Assembly: GCA_964016885.1 (NCBI GenBank)
Contig: OZ024743.1
Span: 200,570,001 to 200,634,000, forward strand
From: Eledone cirrhosa
Lineage: Eukaryota
Length of the DNA stretch: 64,000 nt
Direction of reading: 5' to 3'
Part shown: positions 51,001 to 63,935 of the stretch, one piece after another
How positions within the stretch are numbered: position 1 is the stretch's first letter
How the letters are laid out: each line of letters opens with the position of its first letter
The notes under the pieces: generated by a model
The model's database searches: none
Told to the model about the DNA's origin: nothing
What the model saw: only the letters and a program-made list of their open reading frames with translations
Position numbers and translations under genes: made by a program

Positions 51001-51073
<73 letters not shown>

Positions 51074-51220
51074 CGGACTTGCCAGATTCCATTTCTTGAC
51101 TGCTACTTGATTTATCAACGGTGAAAGGGTGAAAACTAATGTTTACGTCGGTGTGATCTGGACTGATAGTGCAGAAATCCCAGAACAAATATTGCAATGA
51201 ATTTTATCCGGGGCTCAAGC

Positions 51221-51460
51221 GAAGGAATACGATCGCAAATACAAGCGGCCGAATTGGGGTTCCTCCGAATGGTTTTCGAAGTAACGTTATTCGATAGAGT
51301 GCGTAGCGCGGAGATCAGAGAGTTGCCCTAGATGGAGCTGATACTTCTCCAAATTAAGAGATAACAGCTCTGATATTACAGGCATGTGGATAGAATGTCT
51401 CAGAAACGAATCTGGACAGATTTTAGTGGCAAAACCAACTGGTTGGAAATCCAAACAAAA
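51221..51460 (+). pseudogene. Old RTE-clade LINE ORF C-terminal fragment
   Basis: Translates IRSQIQAAELGFLRMVFEVTLFDRVRSAEIRE...HVDRM with in-frame stops, resembling the post-RT region of RTE/Expander elements. Confidence 0.72.
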
Positions 51461-51530
51461 CAGATAACATCTATGAGCTCGGTTAATCTCGCTTGGTGAT
51501 CCAACCAAATCAATTCTATTTGCTTCTGAA

Positions 51531-51782
51531 AGGACCCGGATTTAATGGGGGCAAAGGGGACAATGTATATGTGCCCTCGGCTGGGCTTTTTAGTTTTAGG
51601 ATGCTTAGAATTTTTTTAATTTAATACCTGTATGTATAACTTTTGAATTCCAATTACTTGCACCAAGCTAACTTTGGTATGTAAAATTGGTGGATAGGGG
51701 GGGGGGGGGGGTCTGGGGTGTATTAAAAAAAAAAAAAAACCCTGAAGTGCCCCGGGTCCCCCAATGTCTTAATCCAGCCCTG
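51531..51782. mobile_element. Possible degenerate hAT-like MITE
   Basis: Ends GGACCCGGATTTA / TTAATCCAGCCCTG form an imperfect inverted pair. Confidence 0.35.
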
Positions 51783-52524
51783 TCTGTAGCCTTATTTGGC
51801 GTGAATGAATGCAGACTGTGCAGTGGAAAATGCAGCTTAGTAAATTTATTTAAATGTGGTCAAAACATGAAGTGTCAAAAACTAGGTTCCTCTACCAAAC
51901 TGTAAATTGAAATTATTCTATTTCAGAGAAAAGGGTACTAAATACCCAGGCAATGATTCTGTTGATATTTATTGTATTGGTACAGTTTCTCACGTTGGTC
52001 ACTTCATCGTTGTCAACAGTAAGAAGCACGAAGAATGGCTTATACAAAAATAAACTAAATTTCTTCACCTTTCGCCTCTCCCTTCCCTAAATAACTGCAC
52101 GTACAGTATACTTGGACTAGAAACAGACGTATGTTCCAATATGTTACACGCATGGGCAGTATATGATAGCATGGAGTCTTGTTTTTCACTCCAACCCACT
52201 GCATTCTCTCTTACCCTCTCTTTCTTCCACCAACTCTAAACATTTCATTCTTTCTTTCATTCCTGCTTTTCTTTTTCTTCTTTCTTTTTCTTTCTTTTTC
52301 CTCTTCTGTTGGATGATTAAATCAACACCTGCTATGTGAGATAAGGCGATCTTTGAATTTATGTGCAAATCATTGAGAATGGGAGGAGCTATAGAAGTGA
52401 GAGTGGGAGGCGGAATGTGAGGGGGTTAGAGTGAGAGTGAGAGATGGGGTGGAGTATGAGAAAAGAAAAAAGCGAAAGGTAAGGTAGGTAGATAGGGAGA
52501 AGGAAAGAATATATCTATGCATGT

Positions 52525-52577
<53 letters not shown>

Positions 52578-52844
52578 CTGTGTATATATAGTTCAAGGAA
52601 ACGTCAAAACAGAGATGCAAAAGTTCTATTAGTTTCGCGCTTTATATGGAAAAAGAGGAAAAAAGTTCGACCTGTCGGGCTTTACCCCTTTTTCAAGAGT
52701 ACAAAAAAGAAAGCAGGGCCACAAAGGATAGACAGAGAAAATAAAGGTCAAAATAAGTGGGAGAGTTAACAAGACACACCGTTAAGTAGTCTTAATAACG
52801 TAAATTGTATAACGTAAGAGTATATGTATTAGTGTCGATTTTAC

Positions 52845-52928
<84 letters not shown>

Positions 52929-53012
52929 GAATTTATATTTAAATTGTTGGGTTACAACTAGTAAATATTTATAACTGATATAAAAGCACTCGACAAATAT
53001 TTGGAGTATATT

Positions 53013-53382
53013 TACGATATTAAATAAATGGAAACTATATTTATAAAACCATATTTATTTCATTATATATATTTCAGGGATATCATATTAACAATATGCT
53101 ATGCCTTCCTCAGACAAAATACAATATAAACAGTTTTATAGATAAATAGATTTGACATACCGTACAACATCGACTTGTATTTGAAAAGTTGAATTGGCAG
53201 TCAATTCAACTTTTCAAATACAAGTCGATGTTGTACGGTATGTCAAATCTATTTATCTATAAAACTGTTTATATTGTATTTTGTCTGAGGAAGGCATAGC
53301 ATATTGTTAATATGATATCCCTGAAATATATATAATGAAATAAATATGGTTTTATAAATATAGTTTCCATTTATTTAATATC

Positions 53383-53385
<3 letters not shown>
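53013..53385. repeat. Perfect palindrome with 184-bp arms and a 5-nt spacer, one hammerhead per arm
   Basis: 53013-53196 is the reverse complement of 53202-53385; lies between (TA)n tracts. Confidence 0.93.
53277..53342 (+). ncRNA. Type I hammerhead ribozyme
   Basis: tattttgt-CTGAGGA-agg..catatt gtt aatatg..cct-GAAA-TATATA-TA-atgaaata; mirror copy at 53056-53121(-). Confidence 0.8.
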
Positions 53386-53458
<73 letters not shown>

Positions 53459-53654
53459 GGTATACAAGGATACAATTCACTTCTAGCACTCAACGCCATA
53501 TTACTTCCTAAGAACAGGGGTGTCAGAGGATATTAATAAAGATGAAAATGCGAATTAGAAGATGTTAGAGTCCTTTATTAATTAAGCCGTTATATATATT
53601 TCAATGACGATAAACATCTCTGCAGACAGCAAAAATTGATCAAAATTAATTTTT

Positions 53655-53705
53655 GCTGTCTGAAGAGATCACGATGTTTATTGTCATTGAAATATATATA
53701 ACGGC
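53655..53705 (+). ncRNA. Type I hammerhead ribozyme in an imperfect fold-back (53537-53755)
   Basis: gctgt-CTGAAGA-...acgat gttt attgt...-GAAA-TATATA-TA-acggc; the left-arm copy has a damaged core. Confidence 0.78.
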
Positions 53706-53750
53706 TCAATTAATAAAGGACTCTGACATCTTCAAATTCGCATTTTCATC

Positions 53751-53833
<83 letters not shown>

Positions 53834-54013
53834 TATTGGAGTTTGCTTGAAGCATTGTGGAATAATAAGGTAAATTTCTTTAAGTCGTTTGGAAGCCTCG
53901 ACAATGCAGATGGGTAAATCTCCGGGTAACAAGATCCGGTGGTGGAGAGAGAGTTGTAAGTGGGTGTACGTTGAGATGCGTAGGTGTATAAGACTGTATA
54001 CACCCACGTATAC

Positions 54014-54730
54014 AGCTATCGTCAGCAACGTGTACCTTCCTGCCAGATGATTGAACGTCTGAAAGTATATACTTTCCTTATGCATATTAACGGCTGAGCA
54101 GCCTAATTTGCATATCGAGTGAGTTAATCGGCCGGGGTACCGAAAACGATAAACGGAAAAGTGAAACGAAATTTCGTTTCTCACTCTTAGTACGGCTGTT
54201 ACTTAAATATAAGTATGTATACAGACGTACAGTAGTATGTATATATATATACATACATGCACACATATATATATGTACGTATGGATTCACCGAACATTTA
54301 TTATAACTCACTCGATATGCAAATTAACTCACTCGATATGCAAATTAGGCTGCTCAGCCGTTAATATGCATAAGAAAAGTATATACTTTCAGACGTTCAA
54401 TCATCTGGCAGGAAGGTATACGTTGCTGACGATAGCTAATAAGCTTGAAACTAGTACAGCGTTCCTTTGTCAGTGTTGAACAAATGAGCAAAGATGGTTG
54501 CTAGACACTGTACGACTTAATTCGGGATGTTTGTTTACAAACACACCGAGCATTATAATAAATGTTCGGTGAATCCATACGTACATATATATATGTGTGC
54601 ATGTATGTATATATATATACATACTACTGTACGTCTGTATACATATATGTATGTACGTATACATAGTTATATTTAAGTAACAGCCGTACTAAGAGTGAGA
54701 AATGAAATTTCGTTTCATTTTTCCGTTTAT
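54014..54730. mobile_element. Hammerhead-bearing element, family A, locus 2
   Basis: Antisense part 54014-54305, sense part 54304-54730; 21-bp tandem duplication at the junction. Confidence 0.8.
54420..54462 (+). ncRNA. Type I hammerhead ribozyme (family A)
   Basis: acgttg-CTGACGA-tagc taataa gctt-GAAA-CTAG-TA-cagcgt; helix I extends through aagg/cctt, ctggca/tgtcag and gttcaa/ttgaac. Confidence 0.88.
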
Positions 54731-56194
54731 ATATATTTTCGATGATGAGTGTTCCAATTGTTCGATTCATAGGAAAACTTGCTCGTTAAATTAATGTGCA
54801 TATGGCTGAGAATTCCACAGACACGAGTACTCTTAACTTAATCTCTCAAGGAAATTGACCATGTCAAAGTGTGTGGCAAAGACGAATCTTTAAATTGCCG
54901 GTAAAGAAGGAGATTCACCGTGTCAGAGTGAATCTCCTTCTCGCCACAGCATTCAGTCAGGGTCAACATAGCGTCGAAACCCTTTGTCTTTTCTATATTT
55001 TTTTGAGAGAAGCTATTTATATATATGTATATATATATATATATATAGGGGTCGAAACTGCCAAAGTCTACCTCAGCGGCTCATGACCCTGGAGTTTTGT
55101 GTCCTTCGTTTGTATTTTTATTTTTTTTAGATTGTTTTTTGTTCCTTGTTTTGTCCTCTCTTTCTTATTTTTCTAAAGTGGAATGTGTCTCTGTTGACCA
55201 CTAGCTGCTGTTCTCTGTCCTCTGAGGCATGTTTATACTTCGCTGTCTTTGACAGCGTTTAGCTGTTTTAACGGCTGTTCTAGTGATGAATTTCCTCATT
55301 TTATATATATTATAACATAGATTGAGTTATAAACGCAAAATAGTCTTTTACAATTAAATAGCTAACTTGGTCATTTGCAATTGGAATACATGTATACTTA
55401 TATCTGTGTTCACCCCTCTCATATATCCAATTATATATATATATAGTAATAATAATTATGAAGATCCCGTAATAGGGTGAAAGCAGCGATTGTTTGCTTA
55501 AACTTTAATCTGTACTAATAATACACACACACACACACCACACACACACATATATATATATATATATAAATGGAAGTACAGCATAATCGAAGCTCTGGCT
55601 GCAGCTAAGCTAACGAATGCAATCGGAATTTACAGCTAAGCACTCAATGAGGTATTTTACCTTAGAGTTATAACATTACGTTTAGACAGCTTTGCAAATT
55701 GAAGACAGTGACCGGTAAGCCAGCCGCAGGGACCAAAGCAACGAGATAACTGACTCAGGAAAATATGTCAAACCTGGACCATCGCGTCGATATTATACAA
55801 TATCTCGGCTAGGTTTCTGTAAATCCGAAATCAACAAAATCCACTTGCGTGGTATGCAAGTTATTGGATTTGGAAGATCGAACAGAGGATTCACTTTCTC
55901 AACAAGTTTCCGTTCTCAATCGCTCCGGTTGTGAATTTTAGCAGTAAACACCGCTGGCAGCGACGTGGTTTTCCCGAAAGGAGGAATCCCTGGTTTTGGC
56001 GGTCAAAATTCAAAATTTGAACAAAGGAATAAATTCCTTTTCACAAACCGAATAAAGCTCTCGTCATTAAACAAACATAAACAATTAACCAATCAATAGA
56101 ATTGTCTAATTAAATTAATCAATTAATCATTAAGCCTAGGAGATACTAATACAAATGGAAGTACAGCATAATCGAAGCTCTGGCTACAGCTCAT

Positions 56195-56261
<67 letters not shown>

Positions 56262-56276
56262 TATAGATAGATATGT

Positions 56277-57898
56277 TTCTTTTATTTGCCACTAGGGCAT
56301 CAAAAGTGGGACAAGTACAAAGGGGGGAGTTTACACAAAAAGGCGTCCTCAATAAGGAGGAGGCAATAACAAAATATAAAAATAAAATAAGATATAACAA
56401 AAAATAAAATTTATAACAAAATCCTCAATAGAGAGGAGGCGCCTTGGGGGGTCGCACACACCCCCGAAAAAAGTGTGCAGCCCTTTTCCTCAGGAGCACA
56501 GAGAGGGGGTGCTCCCTCGTTCCTTCCTCTTTTCCACCTACAGGCTCATGTAAAGAGAAGGCCCATTCACACGGGCCATTCTCGCCACTTTCACCCACCT
56601 TTCATAAAAACGACTGGGGTGCAGCACCTCTCTCTCCATCCTGATCCTTCTTCCGAAATGATATCGGAAGAAACGGACCAGTTGTTGGCCAGAGAGAAAG
56701 GTGCCTGACCTCAGTCCTTTCAGACGCGTCCACCATACAACCTCTTTCGCCATGGCTATTACGCACAGAAACACCGCCTCTGCTTCATCTTTGAAGGGGG
56801 GAGGCGGCTTGATCATTACAATAGACTCGGTGGTCAACCGGATCGGTCCCACCCTTGACAGCAGTTGTTCGACATAGCCCCACAGATCGGCTACGCCCGA
56901 GCAGTGTACCAATGCGTGTGCAACGGTTTCCTCGTCGCACACGCATCTGGGACAGATCTTTTTGGCGGGGTCCCTACCCGGGCGCCCGTGTCTGTAGAGC
57001 CTTTCTCGAACGGGTAAAGCCCCTCGGTAGCACTGCCAGGCCAGGGACTTCTGGAAGTTGTCCATAGGTCCCGGGCTGAATGTCCTACCGAACAGGCTGG
57101 CCAGTTCGTCCTCCTCCATGTCTAGGGCTTCTCCGAGGGCGTCGTCGCACCTGCTGCGTACCAGCCCTCTATAGAATGTTGCGGTGGAGTCTCCACTGAT
57201 AACCGGATCCACCTACCAGAGGGCGGTGAGCGCCTGGGCACACTCAGTGTGCCAGGCGCCCAGTTTTCTCGGTCTTTGCTTGCCCAGGATTGCAGCTCGG
57301 TGAGTGAGACGAGTCTGGGAAAGGTTCGTCTCACAAACGAGGCCCACACCGGTTGTCCGGTGAGGAATACGTAGAGGTGCCGTAGCCTTAATGCGTGTTT
57401 ACGCATCATTAGCCACGGCATCCCCAGCCCTCCTTTCGAAGGGTGTTGACAGCAGATGGATCTCCTCACCATAGGAGCCCGCCTCTTCCAAAGGAATTGG
57501 AAGAGCGCGCGCTCCATCTTGGTGAGGGTTTCCCTTGGGCAGGGCACTACGGTCAGGCGGTAGTAGATGACGGACGCTATGTAGGTGTTCGCCACCTCCG
57601 CCCGACCTTTCAGGGATAGTTTGCAACTGGCCCACTTCTGGGTCAGTGCAAACACCCTGTTCGTAACCTCCGCCCAGTTTTTCTCCACCTGGAGGTCCGG
57701 TCCGAACCAGACCCCGAACAACTTCACCGGGCCCTCCGTCCAGCGTCCGACGACGCCATCGGAGGGCATCGGTCTACCCCTCCACGTGCCGAGTTGCAAA
57801 CCGATCGACTTGTCCCGGTTCAGCTTAGCCCCTGTGAACTTTTCGTACTCCTCCAGTAAGGTGCCGACCGCCTCGATTTCGGAGGCCGTCGACACCAT
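56277..57898 (-). mobile_element. 5'-truncated Tx1 (subfamily B) inserted in (GATA)n
   Basis: ORFs 57122..57898 and 56538..57212 match the ORF2 C-terminal half (CPRC..ETVAHALVHC); GATA tracts directly on both sides. Confidence 0.94.
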
Positions 57899-57932
<34 letters not shown>

Positions 57933-58012
57933 TACCGACTGCTACTGCTAGTGAATCAGCTTCACACGGAACTGGATATAACGATACCTTAATTCTCTTT
58001 CATTTAATAACA

Positions 58013-58133
58013 TCCGCTGACGAAGCCCTGCAGAGATTTGACAGAGATATTGCACTTCCTGCCACTGCTAACTAGCAGATGCAGTTTGCATCTGCTAGTG
58101 CAGTCTGCTCCAGCAGAAACCTATGGGTCCGGG
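58013..58133 (+). ncRNA. Type I hammerhead with a very long helix II insert
   Basis: tccg-CTGACGA-[~92 nt including the perfect hairpin actagcagatgca/tgcatctgctagt]-GAAA-cctatggg-TC-cggg. Confidence 0.65.
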
Positions 58134-58273
58134 ACAATTATCTGGGCCACCTGCTCCATTACGAATATACAATAGATTAGCACTCTGAGAACATTTCTTA
58201 TTGAATGACTATATCGGAGCAACCGAAAGATAAAATCTATATACTATCGCCTCGATACACATACACACACATA

Positions 58274-58325
<52 letters not shown>

Positions 58326-58354
58326 AAAGAATAGAGGTGTAACACACAAGTTAT

Positions 58355-58840
58355 TATATATTGGTAAACGGAATAGAAAATGCTGACAAATTGTTCACAG
58401 TTGAAAAATGGTTTAATTAGGAATAAAAGAGTATTAGTGATTGTATGGGTTAGTATTCAGTTGTGGTTTTAAGTTTTTAAGTTTTTACCGGTTGCGCATT
58501 TCTAAATGCTTTTCAAAAATAATTTTGAGATAGAGTGTCCGTGCTGTTTGCTCTGATCTGATTAGTTTTGGGAATTCTACCTGTTTTTATGTTAAAAAAA
58601 TGGCTCCAGCGATATTTTTGTGTTGCAAAAATGCTTGTGGTCAAAACAATTTTGATTGGTCGGTAGAGGTCATGTGAATGTAAAAAGTTGATTTTGCGCC
58701 AAGACTGTTTTTATGTTAAAATGTTAGAAAAGTGGCTCCAGCAAAAATTATGGTCAAAACAATTTTGATTGGTCGGTAGAGGTCATGTGGATAAAAAATT
58801 GGTTTTGCGCCAAGATTGAGAAATGACTCTTTCACAACAA

Positions 58841-58874
<34 letters not shown>

Positions 58875-58943
58875 TAGTAGTAGTAAGGTGTTCGATGCTG
58901 CGACAATAGCCACCAGCGATGTGTGTCAAATGGCTATTAAGAT

Positions 58944-58979
<36 letters not shown>

Positions 58980-59114
58980 ACATACACACAGCAGAGTCAT
59001 TCGAAGGTCAAAAGATATTTTTCAGCTTTTGTCTTATACGGAGAAGTGCGTGTGTGTGTGTGTGTGTGTATAAGTCTCTTTGTATGTTGATGTACGCGTG
59101 TGTATGTGTTTGTG

Positions 59115-59151
<37 letters not shown>

Positions 59152-59275
59152 GTGGGTGGACCAGTATTTTTTTCCCCCCTGGTAAGATGGTGTACATTAT
59201 TCGATTTTTTCAGTAAAATCGGTTCTCTTAATAGAACATCGACAATCTTAATAAAAGGTGTGAAATGATATTCAC

Positions 59276-59324
<49 letters not shown>

Positions 59325-60142
59325 TTTTTCACTACATATATATATATATATATATATACATATATACATACATATATATGCACATATATTTTTTTGTATT
59401 GCACCATAGAGCATGTGTGTTTACGTGTGTCATTGTGTTTATATGTGGGTAGAGATGTGTGCTGATGTAGGTATGTATGTTGACGTGTGTATGTTGTGGG
59501 TTCGTCTTAGGGAGAAGTGTTTAGACGGGGTCCGTATTTGTTAATGAAGTAAGATTCCTTGCTGATGCGCTGGGTGTGGGTGGCATTATCTTTAAATTTG
59601 TAGAGGGGAAAGATTCTGAAGTTGGGATGATTTTGGGCGGCGCAGGTATCAATGTGTTCACTCAGTGGTATTTTCCTGTATTCCCGTATTTTAATTTTTT
59701 AAAACCAATTTTTTATCCACATGACCTCTACCGACCAATCAAAATTGTTTTGACCATAATTTTTGCTGGAGCCACTTTTCTAACATTTTAACATAAAAAC
59801 AGTCTTGGCGCAAAATCAACTTTTTACATTCACATGACCTCTACCGACCAATCAAAATTGTTTTGACCACAAGCATTTTTGCAACACAAAAATAACGCTG
59901 GAGCCATTTTTTTAACATAAAAACAGGTAGAATTCCCAAAACTAATCAGATCAGAGCAAACAGCACGGACACTCTATCTCAAAATTATTTTTGAAAAGCA
60001 TTTAGAAATGCGCAACCGGTAAAAACTTAAAAACTTAAAACCACATCTGAATACTAACCCATACAATCACTAATACTCTTTTATTCCTAATTAAACCATT
60101 TTTCAACTGTGAACAATTTGTCAGCATTTTCTATTCCGTTTA

Positions 60143-60152
<10 letters not shown>
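58355..60152 (-). mobile_element. 5'-truncated Penelope-like element with an inverted terminal (pLTR-like) repeat
   Basis: Arms 58355-58806 and 59701-60152 are reverse complements. Each carries an HHR-like motif TTGAAAA-gcattt ag aaatgc-GCAA-CCGG-TA. A GIY-YIG C-terminus lies between them; (TA)n on the right flank and just upstream on the left. Confidence 0.8.
59507..59686 (-). pseudogene. C-terminal 59 codons of a PLE GIY-YIG domain
   Basis: REYRKIPLSEHIDTC...FRIFPLYK...RISKESYFINKYGPRLN*; the R..KE..FI....P.LN pattern matches GIY-YIG C-terminal motifs. Confidence 0.72.
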
Positions 60153-60237
<85 letters not shown>

Positions 60238-60259
60238 ATATATATATGTATGTATATGT

Positions 60260-60423
<164 letters not shown>

Positions 60424-60477
60424 CGGTTTCAACACACGATTTCAGATAAAGAATCTTGCTAAACAAATTCAGAAACG

Positions 60478-60519
<42 letters not shown>

Positions 60520-60983
60520 TGGTTGTACTCGCTTTAATCTAACATTCACTGCCGTCCAAAGACTGATAGTATGAAACTCAGAGTAACGGTTATGTATGTA
60601 TGTATATATATATATATATATATATATGGGAGTGTGTGTGTATATAATTAATTTAAACCCTACTCGGGAAATTGCTAATGTCAAAGTTGCTTCTATCATT
60701 AAAAGCCGGATGTAAAACAATACCAGTCATACACTGTGGTCGATTTCATTACTAATATATCAATCAAAGGCTTCCTTCTCCATTCACATACAGGCAGCCA
60801 TATTCCCCCACTGATATGAATTAAATACAAACATATTTTGCAGTAACAATATCGATCCACATGCCGAAGTATCGTTGTAATGATAAAGTACATGTCATGA
60901 GCATTTAAATCCGAAGGAGATCCACCCCTTTCAATTTCTGATCGCAGTCGACATCTTCCAGAAAAGGATAAAGGGAAAAGGGA

Positions 60984-61677
60984 AAGAATTGACCCCAATA
61001 CTGGGCTGGTACTTTTATTTATCGACCTCGAAATGATGAAAGGTAAAGATGACTACGGCGGGATTTGAACTCAGAGCATAGAGAGACGAATCATACTACG
61101 TAGCATTCTATCCGAAGTTCTAGTGACTTTGCCAATTCAACGTCTTCACGATTTCAATCCCGTGGGCTAAAGGTGAAATATTTTACATATTTCATGTAAA
61201 AGAAAATATTGGAATGATAAGAAACAGTCGCAGAAAAACAAAAACGGCACGACTGTTGGAAGTAAACAGTGGATGGCATGGAAGCAAAAATCAAAATACA
61301 TTCAGTTAAGGTGGCGAATTGGCAGATTCGATAGAATATCAGGTCGAAGACGTTACTGTATTCGTTCCGGTATTCTGTGCTCTGAGTTCACATCCCGTCG
61401 AGGTCAACTTCATCTATACTGTTTCTATGATTAAGTACCAGTTCAGGGCGGTGGATTGGCAGTATCGCTAGAGAGTCGGACACCATGCTTTGCAGTATAG
61501 AGTTACGGTCCTTTACGGTCAGAGTTCAAATCCCACCGAGATTAACTTTGCTTTTCATGCTTACGGGGTCGATGAAATAAAGCACCAGTAACGTATGTAC
61601 TGAGGTCGATTTAATCGACCCCCCCCCCCCAAAAAAAAAAAAATTACTGGCCTTGTGCCTATACTAGAAATCATAAT
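60984..61677. mobile_element. Three SINE family 1(-like) copies (60984-61140 minus; 61309-61444 and 61447-61677 plus)
   Basis: Match to the family 1 consensus; the first two are more diverged. Confidence 0.8.
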
Positions 61678-62283
61678 TGAGTACCAGTTCAAAACTGGGT
61701 CAATTCTTTTTCTATAGCTCTTTCTCACTTCCTCTCCCTCGCTCTCACTTTCTATGGAAGAAAACATCTGTGTTCAGACTTGGAGAATGATGCTTTCCGC
61801 TAGGTTTTAAAATGGTCATGACTCGCCGTATTTAACAATGGTGCCACTGTGGTTCCATCAGGGCACATAGGTGGAAGAACATTCTGCTAAACCACTGATT
61901 CTCAACGAGGAACGCACGACCCACAGGGCAGCAATTTAAATATTTAAGGAGTCCAATTTAAAAATGATGTTAATGGGAGGAAACTTCAGGTGTTATCTTA
62001 TTACTTTTACACCAAGGCAACTTTGCTACACATTACTGTCGGAAACTGAAGCCTCACCTCCTCCACACATGTTATTGTGCATCTCGCATCACCTATATGT
62101 CATTTGTTTACATTTTGCAAGTGATCATTGCTGTTTTCATATCAAAGTGGGTATAACAATTTTTGAGATGTTGAGGTGGGACATGAGACACAAAAGTTTT
62201 ACCTTACTAGATCATGTTTCACCAAACTCAGAAAGAAATACTCGACATATTAAATCAGAGAGTAAACGGACATCTCTCTCTGC

Positions 62284-62399
<116 letters not shown>

Positions 62400-62780
62400 A
62401 ATATATACAATTGAATATGTTGGAAATATGAATAACAATACCTTCTCTATCCCACCAAATTAAAGACAGTGATTTCCGTAAGTTCCAACATGTACTGGGG
62501 CATACCATCATTACTACCACCATCCCCTATTGTACGGGTGGGGGGGGGGGGGGGGGTGCAGAAGAACGACCAAAGATAATCAGTGCAGGGTCTTCGAAAC
62601 CAACAAACAGTCAAGTGGAACAATATATCTACCAGAGCATCAACAAGTCGCCTTTGTTATTCATTTCAATCTGACGTCTGTCGTATTCAATGGCTGGGTC
62701 TTGCCCGCACTCCACCATGTCATCACTTCGCCGCTCCATCACTTCATCACACCGATAAATGAAGAGGCTTGTCAGAAAGG

Positions 62781-62823
<43 letters not shown>

Positions 62824-62850
62824 CATCTATGATGGAGGCGTGTTTTTTGT

Positions 62851-62889
<39 letters not shown>

Positions 62890-63288
62890 TTGTTAATCTT
62901 TTATTATAACTATTCTAAGATGAGATATGAAACATTGAAGAAGATATGAAAGCTAATGAGTTCTGGAGACCAGCGACCAGTAGAGAAGCACTTGATGAAG
63001 GTTTTGAGACACAGTGAGTGAGGTTGAACGAGATAACGAAAGATAAGTTAGATTAAACATTAATAAAATGTGAGATGTTTGGGAACTAGACTCATCAAGT
63101 CAAAAGATGCACTGGAAACAATAATGATAGTGACAATAATTTCCAATACAAAACTTTGATCCTTTATTTCCTTCCTTTATCTTCATTTTATTTCTTAATC
63201 TGTATTTATCTAGTTATTTGTTTGTTAGTTCGTTTGTTTGTTTGTTGTTTATGTACTATTTTGATCCGAGATGTAAAGGCAGGTTTAT

Positions 63289-63292
<4 letters not shown>

Positions 63293-63324
<32 letters not shown>

Positions 63325-63337
63325 ACTCACTCACTCA

Positions 63338-63379
<42 letters not shown>

Positions 63380-63898
63380 CTATCTCTCTCTCTATATCTC
63401 TTTCTCTCTCATTCACGCCCCCCTCTCTCTCGCACAACCGCCTCTCTCTCTCGCACACGCCTCTCTCTCTCGCACCTCTCTCTCTCCCCCTCTCTCTCTC
63501 GCACAACCCTCTCTCTCTCGCACAACCGCCTCTCTCTCTCGCACACCCCTCTCTCTCTCTCGCACTTCTCTCTCTCCCCCTCTCTCTCTCACGCATCTCT
63601 CTCTCTCTCTCTCTCTCTCTCGCACCCCCTCTCTCTCTCCCTCTCTCTCTCCCTCTCTCTCGCACCCTCTCTCTCAATCACTCACTCACCTCTCTCTCGC
63701 ACACCTCCTCTCTCTCTCTCTCTCACCTCTCTCTCGCACCCTCCCCTCTTTCTCTCGCACCCTCCCCTCTTTCTCTCGCACCCCATCTCTCTCTCTCGCA
63801 CCCCCTCGCTCTCTCTTTCTCTCACTCACTGTCTCTTTCTCTCACTCACATCTCTCTCACTCACCTCTTTCTCGCACCCCTCTCTCTCTCGTACTCAC

Positions 63899-63930
<32 letters not shown>

Positions 63931-63935
63931 CTTTT
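63293..63935. repeat. (CT)n-derived low-complexity tract with recurring CTCGCAC
   Basis: Pyrimidine-rich degenerate tandem repeat. Confidence 0.92.
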
